Source of the DNA: the human T2T-CHM13v2.0 reference genome, Homo sapiens
Direction: 5' to 3' (one strand)
Assembly (NCBI RefSeq): GCF_009914755.1
Contig: NC_060932.1
DNA length: 64,000 nt
Position 1 is the stretch's first letter, and each line of letters starts with the position of its first letter. Position numbers and translations under genes: made by a program. The notes beneath the pieces were generated by a model. The model did not search any database, was not told the origin of the DNA, and saw only the letters and a program-made list of their open reading frames with translations. This document shows, one piece after another, positions 32,445 through 48,434 of this stretch.

Positions 32445-33135
<691 letters not shown>

Positions 33136-36016
33136 CCATCCTGATTTTTAAGGAAACTTCAACACGAGTTCTTCCAGTCCCTTTTAAATGATGGACACTG
33201 TCAAGAAGTAAATTTCACCTAATAACTGGTTTATCCAGAAAGAAAACTGACTCCTCATTCAAATGGCATTATATTAAACCAGAATAATCTCCTTACCTTG
33301 ACACAATGGTTTTTGTAAATGTAAAAAAAAAAAAAAATCACACAGAGGTATTCTGATTCATCCAAGGACATTTTCTATATTAGCCTAGTAACATATAGAA
33401 TAAAGTAATATACAAGAAAACTTAGGGGTAGACAGGTATATATTCAGCCACATGCTTCTCAATAAGAAAAATGATTTATCTACTGTAAGAAAAAGTAACC
33501 TTATAGTAAAAAACAGCAGCAGAATATTACTTGTAATAGATGTTAAATATTTAGTGTCTCTGTTAGTTCTATATACAGTTATACCTAATCATGTTAAGTG
33601 TAGAGATTTAGCCTCATAAATATTTCTATAACAGAATATAACCTATATTTCTTAATACACAAGGCAAATGTAAATAAAACAAAGATTTGCTGGTCTAAAT
33701 ACCCAATTCTTTAAAAGTAAACCAAAATTTTCCCATATAAATTTTCCTTTGGAGAACACAGGAATAAATCCCATCTGATGAAGGAAATTATCAAAAGAAT
33801 ACACATTGATCTAACATGTCTGGCTCAGTTTGCCTATTATAAACAATTCTGGTCTCTGGACATGAAAAACTAATAATTTTCAGCCACTTGTTTTATTACA
33901 TCTAAGTCTCAATTATTCACAACTAAAAAAGATAGAATAATGACATTTTACAATGTCCCAAACACATGAATCAATCATACAGCAGGTGGAAAAAATGCTA
34001 GAAAAGATAACATTTGTGTCAGCTTTACCTCTCTCTCACAGGAGTCTCAACAGTGTAAACCTTAATTCGTATATCTTGACTGCCCAGAGCCTTCCAGAGA
34101 AAAGGATCATATTGTCTTTTTAAAAAATCTCAATTGTCAATAACTGAAGGAAAGCAAGCATAGCTTTCCAAAACAACTGAGTCCAGATATTTTTTCCATT
34201 GTTGCTGTCAATTACTTTTCTAATTTCTAATTATAATTCTAATAAAAACTTCAGCATAACTAAGAAAGACAAACTAAAACTACTCAGGAATTTTCATGCA
34301 AAACTTCCAATTATGTGTCCTAAACTCTTTTACTCCAACATGAGTTCACAAACTCTGACAGATGTTTTATAACCCTGTTTAAATATTTAGTCAGTAAAAG
34401 GATAAAATTTTTAAAAAACAGAATGATTTCATTCTTTTCAAAAACCAGGGTGGTCTATGGGCAATTTTGGTACTAGCAGTGTTGCCGGGGGAACAAAATG
34501 AAAACAGGTGTCATCAAATTCAAATTAAAGATTTACTTCTATTTTAAACCACCTTAAACAATGTTTCCATAAACTTTCTAACTGATACTACTATAAATTT
34601 GACAATATTTTATAACAAGAAAAGGATTATAAATTGTCTGTAGACCATCAAATTTTAACTGTAACAAATTTTGACTGATTGGCAACACTTCCTTTTAAAA
34701 AACTTTTTTCATTAAATATGCAGCATCATTTTAAAAATTGAATGTATAAAAGGCAAGTCAAAATAAGAAAAGAGAGCAAGTATAGACTCTGATAGTCTTT
34801 TCTGAAAGATTTTACTTTGTTTTGAGCCTATGCTGTTTTAAAAATAAAAAACGAAGTACAAAACAAATGTTAAATTCACAACATATAAGGAAAAAGTGAT
34901 ACAATTAGTAACATGACAATCATAACTTTTCCTCATAAACTTAATTGAACTACAATCTTCAATGTTAAAAAAATCCATTAATTTTTGTGTCTTATTTTGG
35001 TAATGAAAAGAGTATAAATACTTGGTTTCTACCATTAAATAGCACTTATTTTTACTCTTAAAAGAGATGATGAAGCAAGTGACTCACCATATAAAAGTTA
35101 ATCAATGCTTAAAAATACATTAGAGTATTAGACACTTTCTCAGTTGTTTAATACAGTTTCAGTGACAAAATACACTTACTTTTGTTAAAAGCTTTAATTA
35201 AGAAATGAACATATAAGAAATTTTTAAATAGGTAATATTGCAGATTGGTTATGTTCTTCTTAATAAAACTGTTTAAGATTCTTTCAGAATGGATTAAATA
35301 CTTACCCAGTGAGGATTCTAGATACAGGTAAGATGAGGTGTACATTCTTCAGTATTATTAATTTAAACAGAATTAATTTCTCTTTGTATCAGTTTTGACA
35401 GGTGAAAACTTCTTAAACTTTTAGGGGCATTTAATCTTGCACTGAGGAGAGTCCTTTTATCTTGACTGTGAATAATCAAATTCCATTGTCATTTCAAATC
35501 TTTCAGACAGTTCAAAGTTTTATTTTTAGCAGTGCTTCAGGGAGGCACAAGTTGGTTCACTAGTGTGGAATCATAACTTACAGTCAGCTCCACCAGTTGG
35601 ATTATTTCCAATATTTATTAGTTTCATCAACTAGTTTTCAAAAAAGCTTAAAGTTTCAGTATTAATAGATAAATGTCTTTGAAACTAATATTTCTAGCTT
35701 AAAGTTTCCATTAAATTGTATTTATAAAAATAATACAAAATCTTTTTTCAGATTACTACATGTATTTTAATAGTAAAAGAAAAATATACAGCATTATATA
35801 ATGTTGAACAATATAAAACTTCCTTTACAGTTAGTTTAAAATAATCTCACTTGCATATAATTATAAAATTACTATACTCATCTATTGCTTACTTTGAAAG
35901 TGATTAATCAAAGTCAGAGAAAGCCAACCATCAACTGAAGTGTGTTACAAATTTCCTTCTCAGAGGCACATCAAAAAAAGATGAGTCAATTCTACTTTAA
36001 TTAAAACCTTGTTTAA

Positions 36017-36428
<412 letters not shown>

Positions 36429-37218
36429 CATTAATCTTATCTTTTAAATCATATCAACAGTTCTAAAAAAAGACTTGGATTTTTTATTGTTCTAGTGGGT
36501 ATTGTTCTAGAAGCAAGACTCCTCTAATTGATCATAACACCAAGCCTACCCCTTAGCTGACAGTTCAGATGTGTGTTTTTGGTTGGTTCAAATACAGGAA
36601 GACACCCTTTGTATACATTTGACTAATTAGTCAAAGAATAAGAAGGCAGGGGAAAGAAATTTATCTAAAATATTTTTTGACTAATACATAGCAGTCTTCC
36701 AAAAATTCAAAGTGGAATTTTTAGAGAAACTACATGTTCTAACATGTTCTCTTAGGGTGCTTCGTACAGATCGTCAAGGAAGTATCCCAAAAAAAATCAA
36801 TGAACACCCGGAATACAGGGTCTTCAACAGAATCAAGCAACATGTTACACAACTGAGGGTAACAAAGTATCAGTCCCTACAACACTTGTGTCAAACAAAT
36901 CTGTTTCTCCTTTCACCTTACTTACCTCCTTTCTCCTACCCTGTTCTATGTATGGCCTAGCCCTTCGAAGATACCCAAACACAGGAAAGATTAAAGATCC
37001 CTTTCAAACGATAGAAGATCTCTTTCACACGATAGATGATAAAATGAAGAGATGTTCAGAAGGCTGTAGCTGCTAGCATTCTTCCACCATAAGCTTCTCC
37101 ACCTATATCTGTAGTAGATAACTGTACTTTTAGATAACTTTTCAACCCTTTTGAAGGGTTTCAGGTTAACAAATATTTGAAAATTAGTACTCACAACACT
37201 GTATATAAAAATGAATAG

Positions 37219-37517
37219 AGGCCAGGTGCAGTAGCTCATGCCTGTAAATCCCAGCACTTTGGGAGGCCAAGGCAAGTGGATTGCTTGAGTCCAAGAGTTC
37301 GAGACCAGCCTGGGCAACATGGTGAAACCCCATCTCTACAAAAAATAGAAATATTAGCTAGGCGTGGTGGTGTGTGCCTATAGTACCAGCTACTCCAGAG
37401 GCTGAGGCGAGCAGGTGCCCAGGCTCGAGGGGTTGCAGTGAACCGTGATCGCACCACTGCTCTCCAGCCTGGGTTACAGAGTGGGGCCTCATCTCAAAAA
37501 AAGAAAAAAAATGAAAG
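37219..37517 (+). mobile_element. AluJ
   Basis: Dimeric Alu with A-tail. Confidence 0.9.
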
Positions 37518-37647
37518 AAGTATGGACTCAGGAAAGAAGTACTGACACATGATAAGCAATAATCTAGATGCAAATAAAAATCATTAGATTTAATATAACA
37601 TCTTTAGGCTCAAATGGAAGCTCACTAAATATTAAGTCAATCAACAC

Positions 37648-38190
37648 TGATAGAGGCAGGAAGCAGAAAAATCCTAGTCAGACAGGGTGAAACCCCACCT
37701 TCAAGTCAAAAACAGCCTGAAACCCATGACCCAGAGAGAGAACTTCTATTTCTGTTTGCCTGCTCTTTCCCAACTGGTTCTTTCTGAATAATGCTTTTTA
37801 ACCAATCAAATGTTGCCTTTTCCAATACTACCTGTGGCCCATGGGCCCTCCCGATCCTGTGCCCATAAAAACCCCAGATCCAGCCACACTGAGGGAGATG
37901 ACCCAACTTCGAGTGAGAGACCACCTTCCTGTCCCCTCTCTAGACTGAGAGCTGCTTCATCACTCAATAAAATTCTCTGTCCTCATCACCCTTCAATTGT
38001 CAGTGATACCTCATTCTTCTTGGACATGGGACAAGAACTCGGGACCCACTGAATGTGGGGGCTGAGTGTGCAGTTGTGGCAGCTGTGGGATCCACACTGG
38101 AGTGCAAGCCAGATGCGGCCTGGCAGGCTGAGTAAATGGGGCACCTGCTCCTGCGAGCCCAGCAAAGGGGCCAAGAAAAATCCTGCATCA
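37648..38190 (+). mobile_element. ERV1-class solo LTR (LTR27/LTR28-like)
   Basis: TG...CA termini (tgatag...gcatca), 4-bp TSD acac on both sides, CCAAT box, TATA-like cataaaa, and AATAAA near 37966. Confidence 0.85.
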
Positions 38191-38700
38191 ACACTATTTA
38201 AATGTTAAAGGAAAAGTCAATATAAGTAACATGTATAACACACTAAAAATATATTAATGATAAGGCAAAATGAAATTAGAGAATGTATAATAAAGCTCTG
38301 TGGGATAAGAACCTTCTCTTATAACATTCTGTCAATGGCTGAACTTCCAGAAACATTACCTATGAAATTAAGGACAGCCTTTGTAAATAGAAGGGCTAAC
38401 TCCTTACATGGAGACTTACCACCCAGAACTATTGTCTGAATCCATCTGAGGGGGAAAAAACCCATTTCCATGGTAAGGAACAAAGCAGAGACAAAGTTCA
38501 TTACAGCTACATACAAATGGAAATGCCATAAATTACATAAAAGCTCATACAACAAAGAAACTAGCAACTTGGTTATTTGTATACATAGAAAGACAGCAGG
38601 AAATAAAATATTTTATATTATATGAAAACAAAATGCTTAAGAACTCACTGACACAGTTATTTGACAAATATGCTGAGGTTTTTGTATATAAATTTTTTAG

Positions 38701-39343
<643 letters not shown>

Positions 39344-39351
39344 TATGTAGA

Positions 39352-39511
39352 CCCAGCACTTTGGAAGGCTGAGACATGGTGGGCGGTGGGTGTGGGGGGT
39401 TAGGGGGTTAGGGGGTGTGATTGGTGGGGGTGTTGTGCCAAGGGGCTTGAGGTCTCAAAGAGCTACGATCCCGCCACTGCACTCCAGCCTGGGCAACAGA
39501 GAGAAACCTTG
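39352..39511 (+). mobile_element. Alu monomer fragment with internal G-rich expansion
   Basis: cccagcactttggaaggctgag [G-tract] ...ccactgcactccagcctgggcaacagag. Confidence 0.75.
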
Positions 39512-40571
39512 TATGGGAAAGAAAGAATTTTTGTTTTGTTTTGTTTTACAGCTTTGGGAAAGATCTTTTCTATAGAATCATATATCTGATATTACAATAA
39601 AATTATGACTCAAAAATTTGTTTTACATAAAATCTCTCATCTACATGTCCTCAAGCTAATTACTTAAACAACATCACCATCTCTTCCACAGGCACTAGCA
39701 CATTTAGAAAAGAAAGAGGTTTGGGTTTTGTTTTTTTCCTGTACTCAAAGTTCAGCTAAGTAAAGAAACAATTATTTCCCAAAGGTTTCAAAGCAATTGC
39801 CTCAGTAAATCAAAAGAATGCTTTCCTATTAGCAAAGCCATATAATTTAAGAGTAAAGGGTTAAGATGATTTAATTTTCTCAAAGAAAAAAGTGAAAAGT
39901 TAGGTGGCTATACAGTTAATGACCAGAATTCTGGAAAACTGCCAAATTCAGGCACATTCTAACCATCAAGTTATTACTATTTAGTGGAGGTCGGGGGCAG
40001 TCACTAAGAACTTTTTATGCAGGTTTAAATTTTACATACAGAGAAGCCATATAATTATTGTGAAATACTTCAAGGGATTCAAGAAGAAGCTATGACAGTT
40101 TGCTGTGTTTCTTTAAAAAAAAATGCACATTTACTGACTTTGAGTGGTATTTAGTTCCAAAAATATCAAAAATATCAGAAAGATAATGTCTATATTTAAT
40201 ATTTGGTATTACATATTTTGGTTATGGCTTCTAAACTTTCTCATAGCCCAGGCACTCAGCTATTCAACCTAAATTTTTCCAGTTGCCTCAATGTTATATA
40301 ATTCCCTTTTCAATTTTGTTCAGTCATACTTAGGATCTACTTTATACAAGGATGAATAAAACACTATTTTACATCTAGGTCATAAGACCAGGATATAAAG
40401 TCCAGTGTCTGGGTTCTAATCCTGGTTCTACCAATTACTAGTTCTTTATTCTCTCTATACCTTACTTTGATCATCTGTAAGCTGTAGATATAGTACTAAC
40501 ACCCACAAAATAGGGTTTGATGTGAGAATCAAATAAGTTAGTATACAAAAAATACTCAGAACACAACCATA

Positions 40572-40935
40572 TAAAGGAATAAAATGCGTGCTACAACATA
40601 AATGAACCTCAAAAACATTAAGCTAAGTGAAAGAAGCCAGACACAAAAGTCACATATTGCATGATTCCATTTAGATAAAATATATAAATCCATAAAGACA
40701 GAATGCAAACTGGTGGTTGCCAGGATCGGAGGGGTGGGGAGGGGCAGGTGGGATGGTGGAGAATGGGGATAAAATGCTTAACAAGTACCGGGTTGTATTT
40801 TGGAGTGAAAGAAATGTTTTAGAACTAGATAAGAGTTCTGAAGGCCACTGAACTGTTCACTTTAGAATGGTTAATTATATGTTATATGAAATTCATCTCA
40901 ATAATTTCAAATTTTAAAAAAAGAAATAAAAAACA
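40572..40935 (+). mobile_element. L1MB-type 3' end
   Basis: atgaacctcaaaaacattaagctaagtgaaagaagccagacacaaaag... through to an A-rich end. Confidence 0.8.
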
Positions 40936-42715
40936 ATTTATTAACACCATCCAAAAAAATACTTAGAACAATAGCAGTGATACAAAATGAGTTCAGTAAA
41001 TGTACACTGTAATAATTATCAATGCCACATAAACTGGTAAATATGTAGAATACTATGCTACATTCCAAAGATTAAAATAAATATACATAGGTTTGGAGTT
41101 TATGTTTTCTTTTAAGTATTCATTTTAACAATTTATTTCTCCTAAATTCAGCATGAAATTATGTAATTCATCTACAAGGAACTCTCGCTTCCTCCAAAAG
41201 AGACACTCAGAGAGAAAATGCATATGAAAAATGGAAACTAAAAATTTATTTTGTACATTTACTGCTATATGTCATCCAAGTTATGTTATTTTAACATACA
41301 GTGCTTATGTGTTAAACTATCTGGGAAATAAAGAGATGACATGCATGAAGAAAATATACACAAAAGGACAACCAAAGAATTATTTTGTAAATTTAACCCC
41401 ACAAATTATAAATATTATATTGTTACATTCAGTTGTTTAAACAATATATAAAATACCACTAAAAGACTCATACACATATTTATAAACTCAATGAAATGTT
41501 CAATTTGTGATGAATCAGAAAAAAATGAGAAAACATCTTCATAATGGGATACAAAAATGGAATTTAGAACTGGATCAGCCTGGGGAAAGCAAATTTTAAA
41601 AAGACAAAATCATAGGGCTAGATTTGTGGATATGAGAAATCAATGAATTCATTTTTGAGGCAAAAAAAGGTCAAAGTAAAAAAGCATTCTATATATCAAA
41701 CTTAACACATTTATACTATAGTTTAAAGAATATGTCAACAAATGAAGAGATCACAGTTCCCAAATAATTATAGCAGCCAAAAGGTCAAGTCTAAAAACCC
41801 TTCACTTCAAATAAAAAGCTACTAGGAGAGACTATGAGGTACTTTCTACTAATATCTCAGAAGAAAACTCATGAAATATTCAAAAGCAAGAGAATAATTC
41901 GTATCTTCCGTTTCTTTGCCTCACATATTTGTTTTACTATTAGAAGAAGGCTGTTTTTTTGTTTTCTTTGTCATGACTAATGTTTATCTTATAAATTTCT
42001 ATTAAATGTGTTACCAAAAGTTCCTGTCGGGAATGGTAACTACATTTCACATACACATTTATAAACAACAAAAGAGAAAACTGTCATTAATTTTAATATG
42101 GAATTAAATTATTAGAATAAACTTTCAAACATATGTTGACAGCAGTCAAAGAATTGTGGCATGATGCATGTAGCCTTCACTGTTTCAAAAGCACAGAGTT
42201 TAGGTCAAGCTCCTTAAAACAGCCAAATGTTTTAACAAGTAAAGAAAAATATACATAAAGTGCTTCATGAATAAAAGTAGTTCAAATGAACAAGGCTTGT
42301 GGAAAATAAAGCACTGTACAGATTTTATATCAAACATGCCAAGAATGTTAATAACACTACACTACACTATATATGAGAAAGAACTCTCCAACTACAAGAA
42401 TTGTTATATTAAAAATATACATGTTATCTTTTTCTGTTAACATCTTTAAACAAATAAGTCAGCTAGCTTCCTGAAATGATGTAAATGTGATTCAACCTAA
42501 AGATGTGATTTTCTTGCACGTCATGAGTTCCATAAATCTTTGAATACAAATATTATGCATTTTATATGCCATCTTATCTGTATGTCTATAAAAAAAATGG
42601 CTGAGCTATGGAAAAACAGTATGGTGGTTCCTCAAAAAAGTAAGCATGAAATTATCATATGATCCAGCAATTCCACTTCTGGGTATATACCTAAAAGAAT
42701 TAAAAGCAGGGACTC

Positions 42716-43154
<439 letters not shown>

Positions 43155-43477
43155 TCAGCCATAAAAAGGATATGAAATTCTGACAGTTACTACAAGATGA
43201 ATGAACCTTGAATACATTGTGCTATATGAAAGCAGCCAGACAGAAAAGGACAAATATTTCTTGATTCCACTTACATGAGGTACCCAGAATAGTCAGATTT
43301 ATAGAAACAGAAAATACAATAGTTCTAACTTGAAGCTAGAGGAGAAAGTAGTAGGAAGTAACTGTTTTAACAGGCATGGAGTTTCAGTTTGGGATGATGA
43401 AAAGTTCTAGAGATGAATAGTGGTGATGTTGCAGAGTAATACGAAAGTATTTAATGCCACTTAAAAACAGTTAAATG

Positions 43478-43783
<306 letters not shown>

Positions 43784-44640
43784 TTAAGTGTATTTTGCCA
43801 CAATAAAAAAGTAAAAAAAAATAAGTTCTGTGTATGGATGGTAGTGACGGCTGTACAACAGTGTAAATGTGTATATAACATCTCTGAATTGTACACTTAA
43901 AAATGTTAAAATGGTGAATTTATGCTTATTTCCACAATATTTTTAAAAGCTGGTTAAGGTCTTTCAGTAATTAGCTTCACTCTAAATTATTTTTAAGGCA
44001 GATCAGAATATAGTTGCTCAGAGGCTTCTAAATACTTTGTAAGCAACTGAACCACCACTACAGCTAACCAGCACCCCTAAACCAATTATTGCCTAGCAAA
44101 GTATTACTGCCTTTCAACCCACTGGCCCTGCCTAAGTCTGGCAACCATATAAAATGCTTGATACTGCTTCTGCATTAATAAGCAGTGAGCTCTTCAAATG
44201 TAACACTTGATGTCCAGGGCAGGAGCAGGTTATAGACATAGTATGCTTAAATCTACTTTCCCCATGGTTGATGACTAGACTTAAATCCTCAGTCACATTC
44301 CCTGCTACCTGACTGGGGCCTTGTTTCATTATCTGTCGCCCTTGGCCCTACTCCTTACATCTTTAATCCTCTCCTCTGGGTCCTACATCTCATTCTAAAA
44401 TCAGACTAAGTCTCCTCATGCCATTAAAATCTTCCCTGGACTCTCAAACCTTCAAATCTCACCGCACCCCCACCCCCCGCCCCCACCGCCACCCAACTTA
44501 CTCCTCTTCTTGGCTACCGAACTTCATTTCTGGATCCCCCAGGAATTGACTTCAGCCTGCTACTTGACTGAATTACACTCCTGAAAGTTAACCATGACCT
44601 CCAATCTGATAACCTATTATTCATACTACCCAAACTAAAG

Positions 44641-44748
44641 GCAAAAAAGAAGAAAGAAGAAGAAAGACAAAGGAGGAAGAGGAAGGAAGAAGGAAGAAGG
44701 AAGGAGAAGGAGACGGAGATGGAGATGGAGACAGAGAAGAGGACAAAC
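44641..44748 (+). repeat. Polypurine (GAA/GGA/GGAGAT)-rich tract
   Basis: About 100 bp of almost pure A/G. Confidence 0.85.
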
Positions 44749-46149
44749 ATTTGTAAAAGGTCATCAATCACAACCTCCTTAAAACTATTTTCTCCCTTGG
44801 CTGAAACTCTCCTAATTCTTCTCTTACTCTCTGGTCTCTTTTATCTCCTTCCACCAAATCTCCAAATATGGGTACTTGTCATTCTGCCTTCACCCTTTTT
44901 CTTCCCTCTCCTAGGAATTTTTCAGAACTTTTCTTCTCAAAACTTCGCAAAACATTTGAAAATGTTTTTTACATTTTATATGAATACCATCAGCACAAGA
45001 GGTTGCAGAAGGAGTCAGGTAGTTGGAGAACAATTCTGCCTACCCCAGTAACTAAGAAGCTGGCAACAGAAGTATGCTTCCCTACTGCACATGTATATAT
45101 CAGTGTCCAAGGTTAAGAAAACCACATTTGTATTTTTTGGCAGGTACAATACATTTTAAATGAAAAAAACATTTAGAATGTTTTCTTTTCAAAATGATTG
45201 TACTGATAGAAGGAAGTATCTAACAATCTGTTCATTATTAATTGCATGTTTTCTGATATGGTTAATTATTTAGGCTTGATGTAATCACTCAGCTGGTTAA
45301 GACTGCTTACTGATACAAAGTTAAAGATAGGATGTACAAATGCAATTAAATATCAGTTTCTTAAGGTTAAAAAAAATAATAATTTCCTCCAATAGAGAGT
45401 TCTTAACATTCTATGTGGAAATAAAATTTGTAGAAAAGAAACAGAAAAATGAAATCCATAGAGAATTGATATGCTACACCTTAAATTAAAACTTATCATC
45501 AGAATACTTAAATTCTTAAAAAGTATAATTTATGATATTTAATAAATAATTTATGAGTATGAAAAATTAAAACCATGGACTTTTTTAAACTTTAGGATTA
45601 ATGACTAGTAATGGCTTCTTTGCATAAGTTGCTTCCTTTCGCCTTAAACAAAGAAACCATACATTTTAAAGTTTTATCATAAAAACAGAATGTATATGAA
45701 ATTATTTCACTTTAGCAATTTTTAAAGTATTTTAAGGCTCAAAAACTTAAGGATATGGGAAAGTGATCAAGATGTAGTGATAGAGGAAAAAAAGAACGTT
45801 ATAAAACAATGTAATCTCATGATTCCAATTTTGGTTAAAAACCAGTATGTACTAATGGGCACAGTAGATACACAAAGTACACAGAAGCCCATATATCAAA
45901 ATGTTAATGGTAAATCTTGAGGTAGTACAAGTATTTTTATTTTCTTCCTTATACTTTGTTTTCTTCCTTTATACCTTTATTCCTTTCTATAGCAAACATG
46001 CATCACATTTACAGTTGAGTTTTGTGGAAGAATAAACTCTATATTTCATTCCATTTCTGCCTTCCTGCTTATATTTTGATAGACTAGGAAAGGACCATCT
46101 TTCAAAGCTGTGCAGAGTAACTCTTTAGCATTGTCAGTGCTCTCATATA

Positions 46150-46830
46150 CCTAATCCATCAGCAAATCCTGTTAATCCACTTACAAAATATAACAGAATT
46201 CAACTACTCACTATTTTCACTGCTTCTTCAAGAGAAGTCACCGTCATCTCTCGGTTTATGCAAAAGTCTCCTAACTAGTCTATGTAATTCCACCCTTACC
46301 ACCTTTCTGGCTCTAATGTCACTCCTCTACTTAGAAATTCTGTGACTTCTCATCTCATTCAGAATAAAAGTCTAAGCACTGATTGTGACCTTCTAGGCTC
46401 TATGATCTGGACCAGGAATCACCATGCACACTCCCACTTCAGCACCACAGAACTTGCAGTAAGTTGGCTCTGCCTAGATATTCTACATCCAGATACCCTC
46501 ATTTTCTTCAGCTTTTTATTCCAGTATCATCTTCTCAATGAGGCCTTCACTGGCAATCCAACACAACACATCAACCACTCCACCCTACCCTTGAAATTTC
46601 CTATCTTGTTTCCCTGTTTTATTTTTTCTACTCTAGCACTTATGACTATCTAAGACACATGATGTATTTATTTATTTTTGATATTATCTCCCTCCCTCAG
46701 TAGAATATAAACTCAATAAAGAGAAATTTTTACCTTTGTTTTTCCTGCTGCTGCATCCCTAGTACCTAGAATAGTCCCAAGCACATGGTAGGTACTCAAT
46801 ATATATCTACTGAATAAATGGATAAATGCA
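46150..46830 (+). mobile_element. L2 LINE 3' part
   Basis: aatccatcagcaaatcctgtt... ending ggtactcaatatatatctactgaataaatg. Confidence 0.75.
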
Positions 46831-48099
46831 TTCCAGTGAATCCACAAGCTTAAACCCACAGCTTCTCAGTTACAGTAATAGTTGGCTCAATGAATGTCAT
46901 GAAATGATAGCAACACATTTATTCATATTCTGAGAATCAATGACTTTCTAAGTGACTTTGCATAGGGCAAGAGAGCTGAAGAACAGCTATAGTAAACAAT
47001 AATGTAGACATATTTTCTCAAGCCTAAAAGGGAGCATCTAGGATCTTAGCTTCAAAATTTATGAATAAAATTATGACTTGATTTGGTATAACAAAGGTAA
47101 GGTACCCTGAGATCATATTGCTGTTATTGTTGGTACTAAAAAGTAAGCAAAACTGTCTAAAATCATATTGTTACTCTTCTAACTTTTCCATTAGAATATT
47201 CAATACCAGTCTGTGAAACTGGATATATAACTTTCCTTATGCAAACAAAAAACTAGCTGAATATCATACTACTATGCACCTGAGTATCTGTTATCTGAAA
47301 GATCTTTGGATCTTTTATAAACATCAATCAATGCTGTGCAGACAGAGCTAAGAGGGAAAGGCAATTAGATACTGTGAAAAAATGGAGGCAATCAGAAGAA
47401 ATACAGTCCATGGTGGCAGTGACAGAGCTAAGCAGGAGGTATGGATAATCTGGGTAAGTGCCATGGAAAAATAAATATCATGATTGAACTTGAGGCAAAT
47501 GGAAACAGTTCAAATTGGCTTCATACACTACTCTGTGGAACATATGATGTCCATATGTCCATTACCAACAAACTGAAACATGGAAAATAACAAAAGCCGA
47601 TGCTATGATGGCTATAAGAACACACCCAATGCCAGTCTCTACCACACCGCAGCAGCATAACTTACTACAGCTGCCAGGTAAGTTGGCTAAGAAGTCAGAA
47701 GCAATAAGAAAAAAAGGAGAAAGAACTAACTATAAACTGTTCTCTTTCCCTACAGAAGACAAAGTTGGGATCTATACTAGAAAGTAGAATGTAGCAACGA
47801 TAAAGGCTGAAAGTAAAGCACAATTTTTTCTCTGTAGACAGTTTCTAAAAGTATAAACTACTTTGGAATTAAAGAAGGCAACATTTTATCCAAAACTACA
47901 AACGATTTAAGATCCAGAGAACTAAATAAAATAACAGAGGAATAAGATGGAATAACTTCCAAATAAAAAATTATAAATATGACCTTTCAAGTTTTGAAAT
48001 ACATAATAGAGTATAAAAAGAAACTGAACAAAAGATGTGGTGGGAATCCATTATGTTTTACATCAGTTTTAATTAGTCTACCAAATTTTCCTTCTATAG

Positions 48100-48434
<335 letters not shown>

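Noticed and set aside
47341-47690. Plus-strand donors (tgg|gtaagt, cag|gtaagt) and a 12-nt direct repeat gacagagctaag
   Set aside because: No matching acceptors or recognisable coding frame; within chance expectation.
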